Source: an uncultured Candidatus Binatia bacterium
GTDB lineage: Bacteria > Desulfobacterota > Binatia > UBA9968 > JAJDTQ01
Assembly: GCA_965242525.1 (NCBI GenBank)
Contig: OZ251459.1
Span: forward strand, 3,424,001 to 3,488,000
Direction: 5' to 3'
DNA: 64,000 nt
The notes under the pieces were generated by a model. The model was given only the letters and a program-made list of their open reading frames with translations. It did no database searches and had not been told where the DNA came from. Each line of letters opens with the position of its first letter. Position 1 is the first letter of the stretch. The position numbers and the translations under genes were made by a program. Below, one piece after another: positions 17,933-27,460 of this stretch.

Positions 17933-18258
17933 GAAACCCTGAACAGTCGGGACAGAGAGCATGAGAGCGTCCTTCGACTTCGCTTCGCTACGCTCAGGAT
18001 GAACGGGGGGACTTCGCTTCGCTACGCTCAGGACGAACGGGAATAGGGGCGTCGGGGTGAGGGAATCGGGAATCCATCCCGGATGTCTCGATTGTTCAGA
18101 GGTTCCTTCAGGAAACCCTGAACAATCGAGCCGTGGATGAGAAGTATTCCCTCACGCGACCTTGCTATCCCCGTTCGTCCTGAGCGTAGCGAAGCGAAGT
18201 CGAAGGACGCGCTTTTTCATAGGAGAAGCACATCGAGCCGGAATTGGTCAGAGGTTCC
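17932..18258. mobile_element. Two tandem MITEs carrying family-B palindromes
   Basis: TTTA[17932-18106]TTCA[18111-18258]TTCA; ends GGAAACCCTGAAC ... TCAGAGGTTCC. Confidence 0.85.
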
Positions 18259-18278
18259 TTCACGGATTGGAGACGCTC

Positions 18279-19373
18279 ATGACACCCATACTCCGATGGG
18301 CCGCGCTGACGGCCTTGGCCCTGGCGGCCGCGGTCCCGTCCGCGGCCGGCGCGCCGCTGGAAACCGAGGCCTTCGCACGGGTCAACGCAGCCCTGGCGGA
18401 GGACCACGTGCTGCCCCGCTACGTCCGGCTCGCCGCGGCCACCGAAGCCTTCGCCCATGTATCCCGCGACCTGTGCGCCGCTCCCCGGGACGGCGCCGCC
18501 CAGGCCCAGGCGGGCTTCCGGGACGCTCTGGCCGCATGGATGGGGGTGGAGCACGTGCGTTTCGGCCCCATCGAGGTCCTCATGCGCGGCCACCGCTTCT
18601 ACTTCTGGCCCCAGGCCCGGGCCAAGGTGGCCGCGGCCGTGCGCAAGGCCGTCGCGGCCGGTGACCAAGCCGCGGACCCGTCGCGCCTCGCCAAGGCCAA
18701 CGTCGCCGTCCAGGGACTCCTGGCCGCAGAGGTGCTGCTCTACGGGGAGGAGCCGCAGCGCGCGGTGAGCAGCGCCGCGGGCTGCGCGCTGCTCACCGCG
18801 GCGACGGCCAACATGCGCGCCATGGCCGCGGATCTGGCGGCCGACTGGCGCGACGGCAGCGCCCCGTTCGTCCGCACCGTGACCCGACCCGGACCGAAGA
18901 ACGAGTACTTCGACAGCCACCAGGAGGCGACCCGGGCTTTCTTCAAGAGCCTGCACGACGGCTTGCAGCTCATCTCCGACGTCAAGCTGGAGCCCGTCAT
19001 CGGCGACGGCCCGGAGAAGACGCGGCCGCGCCTGGCCGAATCCCGCCTGAGCGGCCGCTCCCTCGCCAACGTCATCGACAACCTCGCCGCGCTCCGGGAG
19101 CTCTATGAGGGCGGGAACGGCCCGGGTCTCGGGGACCTGGTCCGCACCGCGGACGCCAAGCTCCACCGTCTGCTCCGCAAGGCGTTCCGCATCACCCTGG
19201 AGACGGCGCGTTCCGTCGGCAGTCCCGTGGAGGAAGCCGCGGCCGATGCCGCGCTGCGGCCCAGGGTCGAGAAGCTGGCGCTCCAGGTGAAGGCCCTCAA
19301 GCAGATCGTGAGGGACCGGCTGGCGCCGGCGCTGGGTTTTCCGGTGGGCTTCAACTCCCTCGATGGCGATTGA
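18279..19373 (+). CDS. Imelysin family protein
   Basis: Signal peptide from ATG 18279; FYFWP, VQGLLAAEVLLY, AESRLS, terminal GFNSLDGD. Confidence 0.9.
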   Translation: MTPILRWAALTALALAAAVPSAAGAPLETEAFARVNAALAEDHVLPRYVRLAAATEAFAHVSRDLCAAPRDGAAQAQAGFRDALAAWMGVEHVRFGPIEVLMRGHRFYFWPQARAKVAAAVRKAVAAGDQAADPSRLAKANVAVQGLLAAEVLLYGEEPQRAVSSAAGCALLTAATANMRAMAADLAADWRDGSAPFVRTVTRPGPKNEYFDSHQEATRAFFKSLHDGLQLISDVKLEPVIGDGPEKTRPRLAESRLSGRSLANVIDNLAALRELYEGGNGPGLGDLVRTADAKLHRLLRKAFRITLETARSVGSPVEEAAADAALRPRVEKLALQVKALKQIVRDRLAPALGFPVGFNSLDGD

Positions 19374-20496
19374 CCGGAGAGCCGTGCTCCGGCTGCTGGC
19401 CGGCGGGGTGCTCACCGGCGCGGCGCTGGGGCTGCCGCGGTCCCCGGGCGCCGCTCCCCGGAGGCGGCTCTACCTGGGCGCCCGGGCGGGCGCCGACGGA
19501 GGCTACCGGGTCAGCGGCTTCCGCGCATCCGGCGCCGGGGCCTTCGACCTGGGCCTGCCGGACCGCGGCCATTCCTTCGCAGTCCGGCCGGACCGGCGAA
19601 CGGCCGTGGTCTTCGCCCGGCGGCCCGGCCGCTTTGCGCTGGCCCTGGACTTGGCCCGCGGCGCCCCGGCGGCCGAGTTCGCCGCGCCCCGGGACCGCCA
19701 CTTCTACGGCCACGGCGCGTTCGACCCCGATGGCCGGTTCCTGTACGCCAGCGAGAACGACTTCGAGGGGGAGCGCGGCGTCATCGGCGTCTATGACGCG
19801 GACAAGGGTTACCGGCGCGTGGGCGAACTGTCCTCCCACGGCATCGGCCCCCACGAGGTCGCGCTCCTCTCCGACGGCGTCACCCTGGCCATCGCCAACG
19901 GCGGCATCCTGACGCGGCCCGACCTGCCCCGGGTCAAGCTCAACGTCGCAACCATGGCCCCCTCCCTCTGCTACGTGCACCGGCTCGACGGCAGGCTCCT
20001 GAAGGAGCGCCGGCTCGGCCCCGCGTTCCATCGACTGGGCATCCGCCATTTGGCCGTGAGCCGGGACGACACCGTGGCCGTCGCCATGCAGTACGAGGGA
20101 CCCCGGGGCCGCCTCGTGCCCCTGGCGGCCGTGGACCGGGCCGGGGCCGCGGCGGACGCGCCCCTGGTTCCCCTGTCGGCTGCGCCCGGGGTCTGGCGCG
20201 CCATGAAGCAGTACTGCGGCAGCGTCTGCTTCGACTCCGAAGGCCGGGTGCTGGCGGTTTCCGCGCCCCGGGGCAACCTCGTGACCTTCTGGGACGCCGC
20301 CGCGGGCAGCTACCTGTGGTCCGCGCGGGTGCTCGACGGCAGCGGCGTCGCCCCCGGCGAGGGCCCCGGTGAGTTCCTGGCCAGCAGCGGCCACCGCGGC
20401 GTCACCGTCATCGACGCACGGTCGGGCGCATGGACCCCCCTCGACGCCCCCTTCGTCAACACCCCGCGCTGGGACAACCACTTGGCGGCCGTCTGA
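19363..20496 (+). CDS. DUF1513 family beta-propeller (Tat-exported)
   Basis: DRRAVL Tat motif; RGHS, ARRPG, HFYGHG, GIGPHE, ANGGI, terminal WDNHL. Confidence 0.9.
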   Translation: MAIDRRAVLRLLAGGVLTGAALGLPRSPGAAPRRRLYLGARAGADGGYRVSGFRASGAGAFDLGLPDRGHSFAVRPDRRTAVVFARRPGRFALALDLARGAPAAEFAAPRDRHFYGHGAFDPDGRFLYASENDFEGERGVIGVYDADKGYRRVGELSSHGIGPHEVALLSDGVTLAIANGGILTRPDLPRVKLNVATMAPSLCYVHRLDGRLLKERRLGPAFHRLGIRHLAVSRDDTVAVAMQYEGPRGRLVPLAAVDRAGAAADAPLVPLSAAPGVWRAMKQYCGSVCFDSEGRVLAVSAPRGNLVTFWDAAAGSYLWSARVLDGSGVAPGEGPGEFLASSGHRGVTVIDARSGAWTPLDAPFVNTPRWDNHLAAV

Positions 20497-20634
20497 CCCC
20501 CGAACCGCGGGCCTCCCTCGGCCTGACGACCCCGCCCCGTCCGGGGCGGCGCTCCTGCGCGACACCGGCGGCCCCGTCCGGGGACGCGGCCCCAAAAAAG
20601 GAGCGGTTCGTCTCAGGATATTTCCATTATTTGT

Positions 20635-20659
20635 TTTACCAAATAATTTTTCTTTGGTA
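20635..20659. promoter_or_regulatory. Palindromic operator-like site
   Basis: TACCAAA-N9-TTTGGTA in an AT-rich patch upstream of 20721. Confidence 0.5.
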
Positions 20660-20720
20660 TGACTAGCGACACCTGCGCCAAAGCCGCGCGCGCAGAGACC
20701 GCTCACGGAAAGGAGCCGCC

Positions 20721-21104
20721 ATGTCCCACAACCGGCTCATCGAGGTGGCGTGGAAACTGCACCAGGGGACCAGGAACTGTCCCAGGGGCCTGATCGTCAA
20801 CGCCACGCGGTGGTTGGAGGACTGCTACCGCAAGTCCCCGGACTGGAAGACCGCGTTCGCCATCGCGGTCCACTACGTGGTCCTGGCCCTGAGCCGGATG
20901 GAGACCGACGGCAGCGAGCCCGCCGCGGACTACCTGGCGCTGGCCCTGCAATGGAACGCCGTCAAGGATCGGGACGTCCTCGAACTCGTCACCGTGGGAC
21001 GGGCCGCCCCTGCGGCGGCGATGGAGGAGGCGGGCGGAGCCCTGCGACGCCCGGAAGCGGCTCGCCCCGCGATACCGAAAGGAAACCACCATGGAACGGA
21101 ATGA
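20721..21104 (+). CDS. Hypothetical protein
   Basis: AAGGAG RBS, GC-rich third codon positions, overlaps the next gene. Confidence 0.65.
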   Translation: MSHNRLIEVAWKLHQGTRNCPRGLIVNATRWLEDCYRKSPDWKTAFAIAVHYVVLALSRMETDGSEPAADYLALALQWNAVKDRDVLELVTVGRAAPAAAMEEAGGALRRPEAARPAIPKGNHHGTE

Positions 21105-21297
21105 TCGAACCGCCAAGCGCTGGCAGATATTCATGTGCCCAAGCGGCAGCGTGCATATCCATTACGGCGCCGGATCGCTGCACATCGCCAGGGAAGACTT
21201 CCCCGGATTGGCCGAGGACCTCCACGCGGTCGCGCGCTCCGTCTGCACCGGCGACGAAGATCCGAAGCACCCGCCCCAAGGCCAGCGGGTTCACTGA
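21091..21297 (+). CDS. Small Cys/His-containing hypothetical protein
   Basis: AAGGA RBS; MCPSGSVHIHYGAGSLHIAREDF. Confidence 0.65.
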   Translation: MERNDRTAKRWQIFMCPSGSVHIHYGAGSLHIAREDFPGLAEDLHAVARSVCTGDEDPKHPPQGQRVH

Positions 21298-21298
21298 A

Positions 21299-21452
21299 GG
21301 AACCCTGGACGATTCCGGCTTGAACTCCAACTCCCTGTGGGAAAGTGCGTCCTTCGACTTCCCTACGCTACGCTCAGGACGAACGGGGATAGGGGCGTCA
21401 GGGTGAAGGAATTGGGCATCCATCCCGGATGTCTCGATTGTTCAGAGGTTCC
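21299..21452 (+). mobile_element. MITE with family-B cargo inserted at a stop codon
   Basis: TGAA duplicated (21295-98, 21453-56); ends GGAACCCTGGACGATT / GATTGTTCAGAGGTTCC. Confidence 0.85.
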
Positions 21453-21496
21453 TGAAGAAACCCTGGACCATCGAGCCGAGGACGAGGGTTATTCCC

Positions 21497-22305
21497 TCAC
21501 GTGGCCTTCCTGTCCCCGTTCGTCCTGGGCATAGCGTAGGGAAGACCTCCGTTCGTCCTGAGCGTAGCGGAGCGAAGTCGAAGGACGCGCGCGCCATCTC
21601 CCCGGTCCATGCCTGCCCGGGGCGGACCTTCGGCCAGCACGCGCCCTTCCGCCAGGACCACCACGCGGTCCCCGTACATGGCCGCCAGATCCATGTCGCG
21701 GAGGGCCACCACCGCTCCCACCCCCCGCGCCGCGGCCCGGCGCACCGCGTCCAGGGCGGCGCGCCGGCGGGCGGGGTCCAGCCGGGACCCGGGCTCGTCC
21801 AGCAACAGGTAACGACCGGGGAGGCCGCTCTCGCCTTCGGTGGAGCGGACCTGCGCCAGCGCCCGGGCCAACTGGACCTGCTGCCGCTCGCCTTCGGAGA
21901 GCGTGGTGTAAACGCGCGCCGCCAAGTGGGCGGCCCCGGTCTCCGCCAGACACGCGCGCGCCGCCTCCAGGTCTTCCCGCGGGCTGCTGGCGCCCAGGTG
22001 GGGCGAGCGCCCGAGCAACGCCACCTCCAGCGCGTCGAACGTGAACGAAAGCTCCTGCCGCTGCGGCAATACGCCCGCCTCCTGGCCAGCGCCCGCGGCG
22101 GCCACGTGGCCAGCGGATAACAGTCCAAGCAGACGCGGCCCGAGCGCGGCGGCAGCGAGCCCGACAGGACGTGGAGGAGGGTGGACTTGCCGGTGCCGCG
22201 GGGACCCGCCACCGCGACCACCTCTCCCGGACCCACCGCCATGGACACCCCCTGCAACGCCTCCGCGTCGCCCAGGACCGCGTGGACGTCCCACGCTTGC
22301 AGCAT
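21497..22305 (-). pseudogene. hmuV: Heme ABC transporter ATPase, frameshifted and degenerate
   Basis: N-terminus (GPRGTGKST) and C-terminus (VLPQ..LSEGERQQ..LDEPGSRLD..ALRD) are in different frames, shift near 22073. Signature and H-loop altered; 3' end runs into repeats. Confidence 0.8.
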
Positions 22306-23372
22306 CACTCGTCTCCGGCGGGACCGCGGCGGCGCGTCAGCAGCCACAGGAGGAAGGGGCCGCCGATGCAGCCCGTCAGGATGCCGATGGGCAGTTCGGC
22401 CGGCAGCACGATGGCGCGGGCCGCCAAGTCCGCCAACAGCATGGAGCTTGCGCCCAACAGGATGACCGCGGGCAGCAGCGTCCGGTGGTCCGGCCCGACC
22501 ATGGCGCGCACCAAGTGCGGCGCTACCAGGCCGATGAACCCGATGACCCCGGTGAGCGCCACCGAGGCGCCCGTGGCCAGGGCCGCCAGCACGACGATGA
22601 GGCGTTTGGCGCGTTCCACGTGGAAGCCCAGGTGCAGCGCCTCGCGCTCGCCCAGCAGGAGCGCGTTGAGATGCCGCGCCAGGAGCGGCAGCGCCGCCAC
22701 CGCGCCCAGGAGGATCGGGGCGGCCGCCAGCAGCCGGGTCCGGTCGACCCCGCCCAGGCTGCCCAGCAGCCAGAAGCTCGCCTGCCGCAACGGCTGCTCG
22801 GCGCCGACGAAGAGCAGCAGGCCGATGCCGGCGGCAGCCGCGGCGTTCACCCCGACGCCGGCGAGCAGCAGGGCGGCCGCGTCCGTGCGGCCCTCGCGGC
22901 TGGCCACCCGGTACACGAGCCAGGCGGCGAGCAGGCCGCCTGCGCAGGCGGCTGCGGGCAGCACGAGGGCGTGGAAGGCCGGCAGCGTCGAGGACCCGGC
23001 GCCCAGAGCCATGGCCGCCACCACCGCAAGGGCGGAGCCGGTGGAGACGCCGATCAGCGCCGGGTCGGCAAGGGGGCTGCGGAACAACCCCTGCAACGCG
23101 GCGCCGGACACGGCCAGGGCCGCGCCGGACAGGACCCCCACCAGGGTTCGCGGAAGACGCATGGACACCGCGGTTTCGCCGGAGGCGGACGGCCACACCC
23201 CCAGGGCGTCGGCCAGGAGCGCCAGCAGGGGCGCCGCGTCCCCGGCGCCCCACCCGACGGATGCGAAGAAGGCCAGCGCCAGCAGGGCCCCGAAGAGCCA
23301 CAACACCAGCGCGCCCAGGTAACGGCGCCGGAAAGTCAACCCGGCGCTCACTGCGGCGGCGGTGACGCTCAT
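22305..23372 (-). CDS. hmuU: Heme/siderophore ABC permease (FecCD family)
   Basis: RLPRTL, QGLFRSPLADPALIGVS, FWLLGSL, LLLGEREA, GVIGFIGLVAPH, ELPIGILT. Confidence 0.85.
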   Translation of the reverse strand: MSVTAAAVSAGLTFRRRYLGALVLWLFGALLALAFFASVGWGAGDAAPLLALLADALGVWPSASGETAVSMRLPRTLVGVLSGAALAVSGAALQGLFRSPLADPALIGVSTGSALAVVAAMALGAGSSTLPAFHALVLPAAACAGGLLAAWLVYRVASREGRTDAAALLLAGVGVNAAAAAGIGLLLFVGAEQPLRQASFWLLGSLGGVDRTRLLAAAPILLGAVAALPLLARHLNALLLGEREALHLGFHVERAKRLIVVLAALATGASVALTGVIGFIGLVAPHLVRAMVGPDHRTLLPAVILLGASSMLLADLAARAIVLPAELPIGILTGCIGGPFLLWLLTRRRGPAGDE

Positions 23373-23440
23373 GGCCCGGGGCGCGAGCGACCGTCGGATT
23401 GCGGCGGTCTGCGGTTCATTCCGTCGTCCGAAGAGCAGGA

Positions 23441-23649
23441 GGAAACCCGGAACGATTACCCCCGTTCGTCCCGAGCATGGCGAAGCAAAGTCCTCCGTTC
23501 ATCCTGAACATAACGAAGCGAAGTCCTCCGTTCGTCCTGAGCATGGCGAAGCGAAGTCCCCCGTTCGTCCTGAGCGTAGCGAAGCGAAGTCGAAGGACGC
23601 GCTTTCCCGCAGGGAGCGGGGATTCGAGCCGGAATCGAACAGGCATTCC
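23441..23649 (+). mobile_element. MITE with three 33-bp truncated family-B units plus one full unit
   Basis: Units at about 23462, 23495, 23528, 23561; left end GGAAACCCGGAACGATT. Confidence 0.8.
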
Positions 23650-23753
23650 AGAAGAGAGGGCGGCAGGCCTGCTCGCCCGGGAGCAGGCACGGAGGCGAGG
23701 CAGGCCTGCCAGCGGACGACGGGGGGAGGCCGTTCCCCGTCGTCCGAAACCGT

Positions 23754-25010
23754 CTATTGGAACACGGCCTCGGGGTTGTCGAGGCTGTCCGAGCCCTCGA
23801 ACCGGATGGAAGCCAGCCGGAGCGCGCCCACCGCCTTCTCGATGCCCCGGGTCTGGGCCGTCAGGGCGTCGATGGCGGACTGCACCCGGGCATTGCCCCT
23901 GGCGTTGCCCTCGCCGATCATCTGGTCGTAGGCTTCTCCCCCCTCCGCGGCCTTCACGATGGCCTCCATGGCGGCCATGGTGGCGTCGAGCCGGCCCCGA
24001 AGCTCTTCGTCCACCGCGGGGGCGGCGGCCGCCACCAGGGCCGAGAGTCCGGGTCCCCTGACCGTGCTGCCGTCCGTGCGCCGGTACTCACCGAGGTAGA
24101 TGTTCCGGATGCCGAGGGCGTCGTAGTAATGGGAGTAGTGGGTGTTGTCGCTGAAGCAGTCGTGCTCTTCCTCCGGGTCGTGCAGCAGCAGCCCGAGCTT
24201 CATGCGCTCGCCCGCCAGCTCGCCGTAGGAGAGGCTGCCCATGCCGGTCACGATGGCGGTCAGCCCCTGGTCGGGGTCGCCCTTGACCAAGCCTTCGCGC
24301 GCCTTGCCGCCGGAGGCCCACTGGGCCGCCATCCACGCAAGGTCGTCCACCAGCAGGTCGGCGGCCGCCTTGAGGTAGGCCGCGCGCCGGTCGCAGTTGC
24401 CCCACGAGCAGTTGGCCGGGTCGAAGTCGCTGGCCGGCCGCGCGCCCGCGCCGGGGCCGGTGCCGTTCAGGTCCTGGCCCCACAGGAGGAACTCCACCGC
24501 GTGGTAGCCGGTGGCCACGTTGGCCTCCACTCCCCCCAACTCGTGGAGGTCGGCCAGCAGGGCCTTGGTGATGCGCCGGGCGTCGATCTCCTTGCCGGAG
24601 AAGGCGAAGCTCGGGCTCGCGATGACGTTGGCCCGGAAGGCCGGGTTCTCCTCCGACGCCGCGCCGTAGCTTGCCGCCACGTAGTCGATCAGGCCCTCGT
24701 CGAGGGGCCATGCGTTGACCTTGCCCTCCCAGTCATCGACGATGGCGTTGCCGAAGCGATAGACCTCGCTCTGTTGATAGGGGACCCGCGCCGCGGTCCA
24801 CGCGGTCCGGGCCGCGGCCAGGTTCTTTTCGGTGGGCTCGGCGATCAACCGATCGACCGCTCCCTGCAATGCCTTGGCCGCGGTCAGCGAGTCTTCGTAC
24901 ACCGCATGGGCCAGCACCGCGTAGTGGGACACCACGTCGCGCTTCTGCGGCGCGGCGAACGCCAGGGTGGACAGGAACAATACGCCTGTCACGATCACGA
25001 CTGTCCTCAT
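23754..25010 (-). CDS. Imelysin/IrpA family iron-regulated protein (peptidase M75)
   Basis: VNAWPLDEGLIDYV, ATGYHAVEFLLWGQD, EEEHDCFSDNT. Confidence 0.92.
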   Translation of the reverse strand: MRTVVIVTGVLFLSTLAFAAPQKRDVVSHYAVLAHAVYEDSLTAAKALQGAVDRLIAEPTEKNLAAARTAWTAARVPYQQSEVYRFGNAIVDDWEGKVNAWPLDEGLIDYVAASYGAASEENPAFRANVIASPSFAFSGKEIDARRITKALLADLHELGGVEANVATGYHAVEFLLWGQDLNGTGPGAGARPASDFDPANCSWGNCDRRAAYLKAAADLLVDDLAWMAAQWASGGKAREGLVKGDPDQGLTAIVTGMGSLSYGELAGERMKLGLLLHDPEEEHDCFSDNTHYSHYYDALGIRNIYLGEYRRTDGSTVRGPGLSALVAAAAPAVDEELRGRLDATMAAMEAIVKAAEGGEAYDQMIGEGNARGNARVQSAIDALTAQTRGIEKAVGALRLASIRFEGSDSLDNPEAVFQ

Positions 25011-25034
25011 CGTATCCTCCGTAAGGCCAATGCC

Positions 25035-26147
25035 TCAGAACTCCAGCGAAAGCAGGCCGGCCACGACCTTGTCGCTGCCGCCGGCTCCGCCCGCGGCGAT
25101 GCCGTAGTGCTCGTCCCGGCGCCATTCCAGCGAGAGGCCCACCTGCTCCGCCAACTCCAGCGAGAGTCCGGCGAGCAAACGGCTCTTGGGCAGGCCCAGG
25201 TCGAACCCGTCGCCCAACGCCTTGTCCGTCGCCTGGTAGCCGAACGCGACGGTGAGCGGCTTGCCCAGGACGTCCAGGCCGTAGGCCGCCTCCACCTGCC
25301 AGCTCGACGGCTTCGAACCCGCGACCTCTTCCAGCGAACCCACGTATTCCCCCAGCAGCGAGGCGCCGCCGAAGCCCAGGGAGACGCTGGCGGTCCATCC
25401 CGGCAGCTCCTCGGAGAGCTCGGCGTCCACGACGCTGTCCGAAAGGATCTCGTTGATGTACGAGAAGTTGACGCCCAGGGACGCGGAACCCGGAAGGCCC
25501 AGGTCATCGAGGCCGAAGCCTGCCGCCGCGCCGAAGTTGTCCAGTTCGCCGCTCGTCCCGTGCAGGCCGAAGACGGACCCGGTGAACCCCCCCGATGACA
25601 ACTCGACCATCAGGGCGGTATCCCCGGTTTCCGCGAAATCGAGGGTGAGCGGGTCCGAGACCAGGTTGGTCTCGTAAACGCCGAACGGCAACGTCAGCTT
25701 TCCCGCCGTCACGGACAAGAGGCCGTCCGGCGCCGCGAAGGTCACGGCGGCGGTGTCCACGTCCACCTTCTCCGCGTCCCCGTCGTAGGCAAGCACCAGC
25801 TCGCTGCCCACCCAGTCGTTCACCGAGGCCGCGATGGCGACCTCCGCTTTGGCCACCGAGGCGCTGGACGTGCTCGACTCCCCGGACGGCTGTTCGTGGA
25901 CCGCCTCCACCTCCAGGACGCCCCCCACCTCCACTCCGTTGACCCAGGAGGACTCCCGTCCCCCGGCCAGCTCGGCGATCTTGCGGTCTTTCTCCACGAT
26001 GACCCGGTCCTGGGCGGCTACCCGCTCCTCCAGGTACCGGATCCGTTTCTCCATGGCGGCGAGGCGCTCCTCGACGGACTGCGCCCACGCCGGCGGAACG
26101 CTGGCGAGCGCAACCGCGCCCGCCAGCATCAATGCCCTGAATTTCAT
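25035..26147 (-). CDS. Outer-membrane porin, LbtU-like
   Basis: Signal peptide, N-terminal coiled coil, GVLEVEA, GKLTLPFGVYETNLVSDPLTL, terminal aromatic residue (SLEF). Confidence 0.75.
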   Translation of the reverse strand: MKFRALMLAGAVALASVPPAWAQSVEERLAAMEKRIRYLEERVAAQDRVIVEKDRKIAELAGGRESSWVNGVEVGGVLEVEAVHEQPSGESSTSSASVAKAEVAIAASVNDWVGSELVLAYDGDAEKVDVDTAAVTFAAPDGLLSVTAGKLTLPFGVYETNLVSDPLTLDFAETGDTALMVELSSGGFTGSVFGLHGTSGELDNFGAAAGFGLDDLGLPGSASLGVNFSYINEILSDSVVDAELSEELPGWTASVSLGFGGASLLGEYVGSLEEVAGSKPSSWQVEAAYGLDVLGKPLTVAFGYQATDKALGDGFDLGLPKSRLLAGLSLELAEQVGLSLEWRRDEHYGIAAGGAGGSDKVVAGLLSLEF

Positions 26148-26184
26148 GGGTGTCGTTCTCCTTCTCCCGTTGACGGATTCGGCG

Positions 26185-27219
26185 CTAGGGAATGCCCACG
26201 CGGTCGAAGATCCTGATGGCCGCGGCGCGGTTCCTGGCGACCTTGACCATGTCGATGTCGTCGGCCTTGAACCTGCCCCAGGACTCCACCAAGCCGGACC
26301 AGGGCACGCCGGGCTTCACCGGGTACTCGAAGTTCTGCTCCGCGTACATCTTCTGGGCCAGGTCGTCGCTCAGGAACTCCAGCAGCTTGACGGCGTTCTC
26401 CTTGCGCGCCGAGTGCCTGGTGACGCCGGCGCCGCTGACGTTCATGTGGGCGCCGCGGCCGTCCTGGTTGGGAAAGAACACGAACACGGACTCCGCCCAC
26501 CCGATCTGCTTCTCGTTGGTGAGCATCTTGCCCATGTAGTAGGAGTTGCCGAGGGAGATGTCGCACTCGCCCGCGAATATGGCCTTGACCTGGGCCCGGT
26601 CGTTGCCCTGGGGCTTGCGCGCCAGGTTGGCCTTCAACCCCTTTGCCCATTCCTCGGCCTTGGCCTCGCCGTCGTGGGCCACCAGGGAAGCCAGCAGCGC
26701 CACGTTATAGACGTGCTGCGACGAGCGGATGCAGATGCGGCCCTTCCACTTGGGGTCGGCCAGGGCCTCGTAGGTGGAGAGGTCGCTCGGCTTCACCCTC
26801 TCCCGGGAGGCATAGACGATGCGCGCGCGCCTCGTGAGCCCGTACCACAGGCCCGCGGGGTCCCGGTCCGAGGAGGGGACGTTGGCGGTGAGCTTCTTCG
26901 TCTTCACCGGCTGCAGGACGCCGGCTTCCACCGCGTCGTTGATGCGCCCGATGTCCACCGTCAGGATGACGTCGGCCGGACTGTTCCTGCCTTCCTGCTT
27001 CAGGCGCGCGATCATCCCCTTGGGCGCATAAACCACGTTGGTCTTGACCCCGGTCTGGTGGGTGAAGGCGTTCAGCATCGGCTTGATGAGGAACGGCTGC
27101 CGGTAGGAATAGATGTTGACCTCGCCGTCGGCGAAGGCGGTCGCCGTGACCCCCATGCACAGGCCGAGGACCGCGGCCAGTCGCCCGATGGTCCCGAACT
27201 TCATGGCTCTTACTCTCAT
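26185..27219 (-). CDS. Fe(III) ABC substrate-binding protein (FutA/FbpA family)
   Basis: EVNIYSYRQ, EGRNSPADVILTVD, GLTRRAR, PQGNDRAQVKAI, NSYY, NVSGAGV. Confidence 0.92.
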   Translation of the reverse strand: MRVRAMKFGTIGRLAAVLGLCMGVTATAFADGEVNIYSYRQPFLIKPMLNAFTHQTGVKTNVVYAPKGMIARLKQEGRNSPADVILTVDIGRINDAVEAGVLQPVKTKKLTANVPSSDRDPAGLWYGLTRRARIVYASRERVKPSDLSTYEALADPKWKGRICIRSSQHVYNVALLASLVAHDGEAKAEEWAKGLKANLARKPQGNDRAQVKAIFAGECDISLGNSYYMGKMLTNEKQIGWAESVFVFFPNQDGRGAHMNVSGAGVTRHSARKENAVKLLEFLSDDLAQKMYAEQNFEYPVKPGVPWSGLVESWGRFKADDIDMVKVARNRAAAIRIFDRVGIP

Positions 27220-27460
27220 CGTATGGTCTCCCTTCACAGGATATTTGCAGCCTGCATACTTCATTATTAGCGGCGATGCAATACTTGAAGTTAGACTAAA
27301 CGAAAAAATTTCCTATAAAGGAACGGAGCCGGCGGCCGGCCCCGCATGGGGCGCGGCGCTCCCCGGGTTCGTCGCCGGGGGCTTCCGATGCTAAGGTCCT
27401 GTCCGACGCCCGCGCCTCACGGACGGGGCCGCGGGAGGAAAACAGGGGGCAAGGTTCCGC

